A DNA stretch of 64,000 bases from positions 160,001 to 224,000 of the forward strand of contig CAXXMR010000008.1 of the NCBI GenBank assembly GCA_963663805.2. The letters are read 5' to 3'. Of this stretch, positions 19,573-27,746 are shown piece after piece; positions within the stretch are counted from its first letter, which is position 1; every line of letters begins with the position of its first letter. The notes under the pieces were generated by a model, which saw only the letters and a program-made list of their open reading frames with translations, made no database searches and was not told the DNA's origin. The position numbers and the translations under genes are program-made. This DNA is from Sedimentisphaerales bacterium (GTDB taxonomy: Bacteria > Planctomycetota > Phycisphaerae > Sedimentisphaerales > SM23-30).

Positions 19573-19658
19573 GTGTATGGTCGATTTCAAGTATTCAGAT
19601 GTATTTCGTTACGTGATTTTTCCTATAGCTTCTCCTGAAAAAGGAATCTTATATAAAC

Positions 19659-19686
19659 AATGTACAACAATATTATCGGAATGCAA
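19659..19686 (-). promoter_or_regulatory. Putative sigma70-type promoter of duplicated unit 2
   Basis: TTGCAT-N16-TACATT. Confidence 0.5.
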
Positions 19687-19992
19687 ATGGAAATTCCCCT
19701 TATTTTTTTGAAAATAATGTTATTTCGATAAATCTTATTATATCAGAAGGTTAAGCCTTGCATGATGGGTTTTTCCGTTCCAATGGCATCTTTTTTCCCT
19801 TTATAAGTCCTACAGACCTGCCCGAAAGGACAACTGGCCGCGGGACAGTCAACCGGGGACGGCCGGAAGCATTTTGCTTCAAGATGTATTCGTATCTGTA
19901 AAGAAGTAATGTATTTTTCAAAAGGCTACCTCCGCGCAGCGTGCATTGGAGGGCCGCAAGGTTAGTGTTTTTTTATTGGAAAGGATTTAGCA

Positions 19993-20607
19993 ATGGCTAA
20001 TTTTCCTAAGTCTGAGAATGATGTAGTTGGTCTGGCCGAAGCCATGGTTGATGGTTATACCGAATACGGTGAGGATTTCCCCGGTGTAACGGTTCTTACT
20101 CTGGAAACTGCCCTAACGGAGTTCAAGGCTGCCCGTGCTGCCCAGGAAAGCGCCAGGGGACAGGCAAAGATCGCCACGACCGCTAAGAACGATAAGTTCG
20201 CAGCTCTGGTCGATCTCATGAAGAACGACCTGAAGATATCCGAGGTCGATACGGGCGATAACCCGGACAAACTCTCCCTTATCGGCTGGGGCCCCAAGAG
20301 CCCCGGTACCCCGATCGTTCCGCCGACGGCCCCGACCAATCTGCGTAGTAATCAGCAGGGTGCCGGTGAAGTCGTTTTACAGTGGGCCAAGCCCGAAGCG
20401 GGCGGCGCGGTGCGGAATTATATCGTCAAACGCCGCGATTATGACAGCGCTGGTCAGGTCGGCAACTGGCAGATTGTCAATTTCTTCTACGATAATCTCA
20501 TAACGCTCATCAACCAGCCGCGCGGCATCCAGATGGAATACATCGTCAGCGCCAGTAATGCCGGCGGCGAGAGTCCCGCCAGTAATATTCTGCCGGTGAT
20601 TCTCTGA
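19993..20607 (+). CDS. Fibronectin type III domain protein with N-terminal helical domain, no signal peptide
   Basis: PTAPTNL...VVLQWAKP...YIVKRR...YIVSASNAGGESPASN; RBS AAGGA. Confidence 0.8.
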   Translation: MANFPKSENDVVGLAEAMVDGYTEYGEDFPGVTVLTLETALTEFKAARAAQESARGQAKIATTAKNDKFAALVDLMKNDLKISEVDTGDNPDKLSLIGWGPKSPGTPIVPPTAPTNLRSNQQGAGEVVLQWAKPEAGGAVRNYIVKRRDYDSAGQVGNWQIVNFFYDNLITLINQPRGIQMEYIVSASNAGGESPASNILPVIL

Positions 20608-20704
20608 CAAGAGTTTCCGTTATAGAACCTGCCGGAAGGTTTCTTGGCGATGCTTTTGAATCGCAGCCTGGAAGCCTTATTGGAATACTGTTTGATTCTC
20701 GAAC

Positions 20705-21982
20705 CTAAATCGGGTTGTCAATTCCAATATACTGTCTTTGGGCGATCTGGCGGGCAGTTTTTTTTCTTACCTTCAGCTTCACCAGCGAGGCAATCTTATC
20801 CGGTGATTTAGCCGGCAGTCCGGAAATTATATCGCGGGTCGCAGTAGTTTCGACATGCAGCTTGTCTCCGGTATCGACAAGCTCGGCTGATACAATTTTC
20901 AAATCATGCTGATTTGATATGGCAAAACTCTTACCCGGATAGCGCAAGAGGTGAAGATACATGCTATTACCCTTTTGGGTAGCCTGCCACGGTGTGAGTA
21001 TTCTGGCAAAGGGCATTTCCCATACACCTTCGCAGCCATAAACACCTTCACCATGTTTTTTGAGCCAGGTACCAATTTCCTCCATGGTCTTTTTCTGCCA
21101 TGGTAACAATGAACCATCAGGCTTAGGGCCGATGTTCAGCAGCATATTCCCGCCACGACTCACAGAATAAAGAAGCTGGCCAATCAAAGTTCTCGATGTT
21201 TTACGGTCTAAATCCTTACTGGATGCTCCCCAATAGAAACCTATCGTATCGCACAATTCCCAGGGGCGGGCCTGAGGTCTGATCATTTTTTCCGGAGTGC
21301 CGAAATCTTCTGGCAAAAAAGAACGGTTATTGATTAAAATTCCCGGCTGCAATTTTCGCACCATGGCATTCAGTTTCTCGCTTTGCCAATAATTCGCTAC
21401 TTTCTCATCGGTCAGCTTAATCCCCCAGGCACCGGGATAAGCCTCCCAACCTCCGTCATACCAGAGAATATCAATTTTGCCATAGTTTGACATGATTTCC
21501 CGAACCTGGTTATGTACCAATTTAACTTGTTTTTCCCAGCCTTTGGGGTTCTGTCGCGGTCCTTGCCAATAGCCTTTATATCGCCAGTCACACAGAGAAT
21601 AATAGAGCCCAACTTTCAAGCCGGCTTTACGGGCCGCTTTTACATATTCACCAATAAAATCTCTGCCCGGTATTTGTTTTACCGAAGAAAAGTCCGTAGT
21701 TTCAGTATCCCACAAGCAATATCCCTCATGATGGCGTGTGACCATCACGACATATTTGCAACCTGCGTTTTTCGCCAGTTCGACTATCTCTTCCGCATCA
21801 AAGTTTTCTCCTGTAAATCCAGGTACATACTTGCGCGCATATTCGTCCACGGGAACAGCCATATCAGACATCATCCAGGTGCCCAGATCCCCCGCACTGA
21901 AAAGTCCCCAGTGGACAAACATTCCAAATCTCGCCTGCTGCCAGCTTTTCAGGCTTTCTGCTCTAAGCGATTTGTTATTCAC
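20705..21982 (-). CDS. Alpha-L-fucosidase (GH29)
   Basis: ARFGMFVHWG, TRHHEGYCLW, GLYYS, ILWYDGGW, MLLNIGP. Confidence 0.92.
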   Translation of the reverse strand: MNNKSLRAESLKSWQQARFGMFVHWGLFSAGDLGTWMMSDMAVPVDEYARKYVPGFTGENFDAEEIVELAKNAGCKYVVMVTRHHEGYCLWDTETTDFSSVKQIPGRDFIGEYVKAARKAGLKVGLYYSLCDWRYKGYWQGPRQNPKGWEKQVKLVHNQVREIMSNYGKIDILWYDGGWEAYPGAWGIKLTDEKVANYWQSEKLNAMVRKLQPGILINNRSFLPEDFGTPEKMIRPQARPWELCDTIGFYWGASSKDLDRKTSRTLIGQLLYSVSRGGNMLLNIGPKPDGSLLPWQKKTMEEIGTWLKKHGEGVYGCEGVWEMPFARILTPWQATQKGNSMYLHLLRYPGKSFAISNQHDLKIVSAELVDTGDKLHVETTATRDIISGLPAKSPDKIASLVKLKVRKKTARQIAQRQYIGIDNPI

Positions 21983-22084
21983 AATAATACCTTTCTATTT
22001 GGGGTTGTAGAGTTCAGGGTATGGATAAATCATGCCCCACGATAATGATTTTCTGTTAGTAGCTAAACTTTTGCAAAACTCCAG

Positions 22085-23404
22085 TTAGTAGATAAGACGG
22101 CGGAAGTTTTTAATTTTATGAAAAGTGATTATATTGCCGTTATGAGCACTCTCGGCGTCTTTGTTGGCTGAACGTGACAATATCACCAAATCATCCCCGT
22201 CAATATCCATTGAGGCATAATGGCGTGCTTCTTTTTCCGATGGTCCTACAGCCACTAAACCAGCAAAGCACCAATCGAACAGGTTTTTAGAAAAATGCAG
22301 CTGTAATCTATGTCGTTCGTTGTCCGGCCCGCCAAATCTATCTGCCGAAAGATATTGCGGCCTGGTCATACTGTCAGTTGATTGCGTATTCAATAACCAG
22401 TAAAGTCCGCTGGGCTTGTCGTAAAGGATATGGAAGCGCATGTGGCCGCCGGGCATTTGCGTAAATAACAGTTTTTTGCCGGAAGGCGCTTTTTCCAGCT
22501 CTGTCGCCAGAGCACCATCAGATTTGACGACGCATTTGGCAATACAGGCAATATTGGTTAGTCCGGTACTGGCCCGCATGACCAGATGGAAAGTTTTACC
22601 CTCCGGGTCGTGAAAATAATGATGGGGGTCATAAATTTTGACAACATTTGTTTCCAGCCATCCCATGGGACTTGCGTTACGTCTGCCGGCATCTGGATAA
22701 AAATAACGGTCGGGATAAAAAGAGGGATGGAACGGCAGTCCGAAATGTGTTTCCAGTTCACGATCATTGATAACATCCTTGAAAGCGGGCGCCGGCCAAA
22801 TAGTCCAGTTCTCCTTCTTGGTTAAATCGCTTGCGATTTTTCCGCGTAGTAAAATCGGGGCCAGCTCAGCGCCATACCATGCCTTCGTGTCATTGTATAT
22901 GCGATCTTCCAAAGCAATATAAACATATCCATTATCATGCAAAATCCCTGTCGCGGATGCGTGCCACCTCCGCCCTTCAGTCAATTCCGACATTTCAGAC
23001 CAGCTATTGCCCCAATCTTCTGAAACCGTAACTCTCAGGTCGCCCATATGCCCCATTATAACAAGCTTGTCACCGGCAACAAAAGGACGACCATGCATCA
23101 AATCCACATTTCGTTGATACTTCCAGGTTTCGCCATGGTCATCGGAGGTATAGATATAAGTCCTGCCGCCTTTTTTGACTTCCGGTATATTTTCGACTCC
23201 TTTGCCGCTTACCTGCACAGTTGCGACAATTCTGCCGGCAGGACAAACTACGATACCGGGAGTGGCAACAAAAACATTTTCCGGATCAGCGGCAGTGTAC
23301 AACACCTGTTCTGTGGCAATAGGTTGGACACGCCAGTTATCAATATCATCAGCCCCAATACATAAATTGATTAACAGTGTAATAATTAGCGCCAATTTTC
23401 TCAT
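22085..23404 (-). CDS. Secreted BNR/Asp-box sialidase-like protein
   Basis: Signal peptide; Asp-boxes TSDDHGETW and SEDWGNSW; paralog of 26111..27472. Confidence 0.75.
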   Translation of the reverse strand: MRKLALIITLLINLCIGADDIDNWRVQPIATEQVLYTAADPENVFVATPGIVVCPAGRIVATVQVSGKGVENIPEVKKGGRTYIYTSDDHGETWKYQRNVDLMHGRPFVAGDKLVIMGHMGDLRVTVSEDWGNSWSEMSELTEGRRWHASATGILHDNGYVYIALEDRIYNDTKAWYGAELAPILLRGKIASDLTKKENWTIWPAPAFKDVINDRELETHFGLPFHPSFYPDRYFYPDAGRRNASPMGWLETNVVKIYDPHHYFHDPEGKTFHLVMRASTGLTNIACIAKCVVKSDGALATELEKAPSGKKLLFTQMPGGHMRFHILYDKPSGLYWLLNTQSTDSMTRPQYLSADRFGGPDNERHRLQLHFSKNLFDWCFAGLVAVGPSEKEARHYASMDIDGDDLVILSRSANKDAESAHNGNIITFHKIKNFRRLIY

Positions 23405-23487
23405 GCGGTAAAACCCCAAAAAGGAAAGTTAGAAATGATATTATATTATGACAATACTTCAGGGAATCTCTGTTATGAGATTAGCCT

Positions 23488-24333
23488 TTAATAAACAACA
23501 TCGCCAAGGCGGGAAGGCGCACTCGAACCACCCACTCCGACAGGCTCCTGAGCATTTCTGTCACCGTTTATTGCCAGACCATACATCCCGCAAGTAACAT
23601 CCTGCCACTCCATAAATTCCACATGGCCATCAAGAAAGCCATAGTTCTTGCCGCCTTCTTCAGGCTTTTTGTTTTTATGAGGAAGATGGGTCCAAAGTGT
23701 TCCGTCAAGGCTGGTCATCCAGTTATAGCCCTGGACATCACTTTCGGTCAGTGCCCGCCAGGATTTGCCATTAGCTTCACTTTTTCTGCGAAACCGGGGG
23801 AAAGTTCGTGCCGTAAAAACCGCAGTCTGGAATTCCGTTACCGCAATCAACTGATTAGCTCGCCGAGCATTTCTGCCGCCAAAAGTTGTCAGGACCGCAT
23901 TAGGGATATAACTGAAACCAACCTGGTTATTGGATTCCATGTCCTGCTGATATTGACTACGCAAAGCAGGACAGCATTTTGACTCGGGATTACTATCCCA
24001 TTTGATATAAGGGTCAAGCCTATACGCCCAACTGTAATAAGTTGAATCCGGGTCGGTCAAAGCGTGCCCGACATCGCCTTGGTTAAGCTGGAGGTTTGGA
24101 TTTACATAATTTGTGGGGCGAAAGGCATGTTGTTCAGGAAAAGTATCCTTGTTTTCCGCCAGGTAACCAATACTGGCAGTAACCAGTTGGCGAACAAATG
24201 ACATACAAACCACTTTCTGGGCTACCTGCCGGGCCTGGCCCAGCGCAGGCAGAAGTATTGAAACCAGCAGTGCAATAATTGCCACTACCACAAGTAATTC
24301 AACCAAGGTAAACGCTTTACGGTTTTTCGTCAT
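23488..24333 (-). CDS. Prepilin-type N-terminal cleavage/methylation protein (DUF1559 / H-X9-DG type)
   Basis: AFTLVELLVVVAIIALLVSILLPAL; C-terminal H...NYGFLDGHV. Confidence 0.9.
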   Translation of the reverse strand: MTKNRKAFTLVELLVVVAIIALLVSILLPALGQARQVAQKVVCMSFVRQLVTASIGYLAENKDTFPEQHAFRPTNYVNPNLQLNQGDVGHALTDPDSTYYSWAYRLDPYIKWDSNPESKCCPALRSQYQQDMESNNQVGFSYIPNAVLTTFGGRNARRANQLIAVTEFQTAVFTARTFPRFRRKSEANGKSWRALTESDVQGYNWMTSLDGTLWTHLPHKNKKPEEGGKNYGFLDGHVEFMEWQDVTCGMYGLAINGDRNAQEPVGVGGSSAPSRLGDVVY

Positions 24334-24728
24334 CTACCTTACCTTCCAGATACTATAAGGTTCGCGAAAACGGTGTAACCACCAATCATTTTTCCATGGT
24401 ATCCCAAGAGTATCTATTACCCACCTCTTTTTGCGAAAAAAAAACCTCATTTTGCAAAAGCTCTCAGCAAAACCGAAAAAAACAGTTGAGTGAGTACTGC
24501 TTATGCCAAAGACAGGGCACCAGTCCCAGGATTGACAGCATATAGTTGCGGTCGTAGGCGGCTTTTGCTCTTTTTTGATCAGCGACAATTATTCTTCTGA
24601 TCCGGTCTTCTGATCTGGGCTGCCATGCAGCAAAGATAATTTACACTTCTCAAAGGGAGAAAACTCTGCTATCATCAAGTGTATTGGAAATCTGCTATAC
24701 TGGTGAAATATAACATAGGAGAATCAGT

Positions 24729-26117
24729 ATGAATCGTCGCGGCTTTCTCAGAACCATCGGCTCGACCGCTCTGGGCAGTATTTTATTGACTAATCCGCTC
24801 GTTCGGGCGTTTAGCATTGCTCCGGGCAAGAAACGTAATATTCTGCTTATTCTCGCTGATGATATGGGGCGTGAGCTTTTTGAATGTTATGGCGGTCAAT
24901 CTTACGATTTGCCGGCTTTTAAGCGTCTGGCCGGCGAAGGTATGCGTTTTGACACCTGTTATTCCACGCCGCTTTGTGTGCCTTCTCGTAACGAAATACT
25001 TACCGGCAAATACAGCTTCAGGAATTACACCAGTTGGGAAAAGTTTGATTACAGCCAGACCACTTTTGCCAATCTTCTCAAGCAGGCGGGTTATAATACG
25101 GCTATTGCAGGCAAATGGCAGCTGCACGGCTGGGAAACCACTCCGCCGGGTATCGAAACCGCCGGCTTCGATGAACATTGCATGTTCGATTACAGCGAAG
25201 GCAACCGTTTCTGGGGCGGCAAACTCCGACTTAACGGCAAACTCGTTGACCGCGACCAGCCCCACCTCTACGGCCCGGAAATCTACAGCGATTTCCTTAT
25301 CGACTTCATGAAACGCAGCAGCCAGCAAAGTAAACCATTCCTGGCTTACTATTGCATGACGTTTATGCATCGTCCCTTCCAGCCTACCCCCGATTGTCCC
25401 GGAGCTCCCGCTCCTGGTCAAAAGCCGCCTGAGCAATGGTGCGAAACAAATGGCAAGGAAGAAAACTTCCTGCCCAGTATAAAATACGCTGATAAAATAA
25501 TCGCCAAAATGCTGAACTCTCTCAAGGAAATGGGCATCGATGACGAAACCATCGTTATATTTACCGCTGATAACGGCACGGATAATGTCTCCGAAGCCAA
25601 AAATATTATGAGCAAATTCCAGGGCGAAATGGTGCACGGCGGCAAATATTTCCCTGTCGAATTAGGCTTGAATGTTCCGCTTTTCGTCCGCTGCCCTGAA
25701 CTGGTAAAACCATCTTCAGTTTGTAGCGATATTGTTGACTTCACTGATATTCTGCCCACCCTCTGCGATATTGCCGGAACCAAACCGCCTCAGAACCTCC
25801 AGCTCGACGGACGCAGCTTCCTGCCTCTGCTCACCGGCCAGGAAGCTGAGCCCAAACCAGCCGTCTTTAGTTGGGGAAATTACGAAAACAGTTCCCGGAA
25901 ATACAAAGCACCTCAGGACAATCCCCAACGATTTGTCTATGCCGTTTCCGATGGCCAATGGAAACTCTACAGCGACGGTAGAATGTTCAATATAGCCGAA
26001 GACCCCCTTGAGAAAAACCTATTCTCCGGCAGGTCTTCGTCCGAGGCCCAAAAGGCCCGCAATCAACTCGAAAAACACCTGCAAAAGCTGCTAACCGCCC
26101 AACCTAGAAAATGGTGA
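24729..26117 (+). CDS. Tat-exported formylglycine-dependent sulfatase
   Basis: Tat signal MNRRGFL; NILLILADD, CVPSR, GKW, DNG. Confidence 0.92.
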   Translation: MNRRGFLRTIGSTALGSILLTNPLVRAFSIAPGKKRNILLILADDMGRELFECYGGQSYDLPAFKRLAGEGMRFDTCYSTPLCVPSRNEILTGKYSFRNYTSWEKFDYSQTTFANLLKQAGYNTAIAGKWQLHGWETTPPGIETAGFDEHCMFDYSEGNRFWGGKLRLNGKLVDRDQPHLYGPEIYSDFLIDFMKRSSQQSKPFLAYYCMTFMHRPFQPTPDCPGAPAPGQKPPEQWCETNGKEENFLPSIKYADKIIAKMLNSLKEMGIDDETIVIFTADNGTDNVSEAKNIMSKFQGEMVHGGKYFPVELGLNVPLFVRCPELVKPSSVCSDIVDFTDILPTLCDIAGTKPPQNLQLDGRSFLPLLTGQEAEPKPAVFSWGNYENSSRKYKAPQDNPQRFVYAVSDGQWKLYSDGRMFNIAEDPLEKNLFSGRSSSEAQKARNQLEKHLQKLLTAQPRKW

Positions 26118-27472
26118 AAAATAAAATAATGAAATACAAGGTAACTATGAAAAATTCAGAATCCATTTTAGCGTTTGTTTCTCTGTTGTTGGTATTCTTG
26201 GCCCCTGGCAAACTTGGGGCGGAAACCCCCGTTGATGCCAGCAGATTTATCGCTGGCGAATCCGTGGTATTCGACGCCACAGACCCTGAAATCAGGGCCG
26301 TTTATGAGCCTTCGATAGTTATTGTTGACAAGAGCAAAAGAATTGTCATCGCGTTCAATGCCTACACTCAGCAACGTCAGGATTCATCCCGTATTTACAC
26401 TTCCGATGACGGCGGTGTCAGCTGGGATTATCGCGACAAACTACCCCTGGGCGGCATGAGACTGCTAAAGGCCGGCACCGATATCTTCGCCATCGGTCAT
26501 ATCGGCAGCAAGGGTGACCTGGGTATTGCCAAGTCTGCCGACGACGGAGCAACCTGGTCCGAATTTAATAAAATTACTCAGAACGAACACTGGCACGTAT
26601 CTTCCACCAATTTTATCGACAAGGAAAAATATGTTTACACGGCCATCGAACGCAACGATGTAAGCAAGGTAAAGGGCTGGGATGTCAGTGAATTCACTCC
26701 CGTTCTGCTCCGGGGTGATAAAACCATCGGGCTGCTCAAACCCGAAGCCTGGACCTACGCATCGAAGTTTCCGTTTTGCGAAGTGGTAGATGACCACGAC
26801 ATAAACTTTTTAGGCATTCCTTTCTATCCCGCCTATTATCCCAATCAGGCGCCGGTGCAGAGAAAGGCCCGGACCTTTAATTTTTCACCTGCTGGCTGGC
26901 TTGAATCTAACATCGTGCAGATAACCGATCCCAAGCATTACTGGTATGATCCCACCGGAAAAACCTTCCATATTTTTTCCCGTGCCAATACGGGCCGAAC
27001 CAACCTTGCCACTGTTATCAAGGCGGTTGAACAACCCGACGGCACCATCAAAACCATGTTTGAGACCGCACCCTCCGGCGAAAAGCTGGTTTACACTCCA
27101 TTCCCCGGCGGGCAAATGAAATTCTTCGTCTTGTATGATGATCTCAGCAAACTATACTGGCTTGTCAGTACCCAATCGGTGGACAGCATGACCAAAGCCG
27201 AGTATTTGTCCGACGAAAGGTTCGGCTGTTCAGACAACGAGAGAAGACGCTTACAACTTTCATTTTCCCGAAACATGATTGACTGGTGCTTCGCGGGGAT
27301 TGTCGCGATAGGCCCTTCCGAAAAACAATCACGCCACTATGCCAGTATGGCTGTTTGCGATGACGACCTGCTTATATTAAGCCGCTCCGGCAGCCAAAAC
27401 GCTCGCTCTGCCCACGACGGAAATATGATAACCTTCCATAAAGTTAAAAACTTTAGGAAGCTGGTGTACTGA
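26111..27472 (+). CDS. Secreted BNR/Asp-box sialidase-like protein (start may be 26129 or 26147)
   Basis: SDDGGVSW, SADDGATW; C-terminal half very similar to 22085..23404. Confidence 0.75.
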   Translation: MVKNKIMKYKVTMKNSESILAFVSLLLVFLAPGKLGAETPVDASRFIAGESVVFDATDPEIRAVYEPSIVIVDKSKRIVIAFNAYTQQRQDSSRIYTSDDGGVSWDYRDKLPLGGMRLLKAGTDIFAIGHIGSKGDLGIAKSADDGATWSEFNKITQNEHWHVSSTNFIDKEKYVYTAIERNDVSKVKGWDVSEFTPVLLRGDKTIGLLKPEAWTYASKFPFCEVVDDHDINFLGIPFYPAYYPNQAPVQRKARTFNFSPAGWLESNIVQITDPKHYWYDPTGKTFHIFSRANTGRTNLATVIKAVEQPDGTIKTMFETAPSGEKLVYTPFPGGQMKFFVLYDDLSKLYWLVSTQSVDSMTKAEYLSDERFGCSDNERRRLQLSFSRNMIDWCFAGIVAIGPSEKQSRHYASMAVCDDDLLILSRSGSQNARSAHDGNMITFHKVKNFRKLVY

Positions 27473-27578
27473 TAACGCAATTCCTGTTTTCCTAGAGGTC
27501 ATCTTATAAACAATTTGCGAAACACACCGCCAGGGTTTTACGGAGGTATTCTGTAACCCTATTATTGAGTGAGAAATC

Positions 27579-27607
27579 TTGACTTTCCCACCTTTTTCGC
27601 TTAAAAT
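27579..27607 (+). promoter_or_regulatory. Sigma70-type promoter upstream of the GH9 gene
   Basis: TTGACT-N17-TAAAAT. Confidence 0.6.
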
Positions 27608-27677
27608 ACCGCTGGTTTAGATGTTAAGAACCGTAGTTTTTTTGAGGAAAATGTAAACCCGCTATGACCCGGCATTT

Positions 27678-27704
27678 ACCGCCCGCGAACACGGGCGGTT
27701 TTTT
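27678..27704 (+). terminator. Intrinsic terminator-like hairpin in the GH9 5' region
   Basis: accgcccg-cgaaca-cgggcggt followed by a T-run. Confidence 0.6.
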
Positions 27705-27746
27705 CTTGGGCCCGGTCTGTAGCTTTATCTCTGGCGGAATCAGGTT

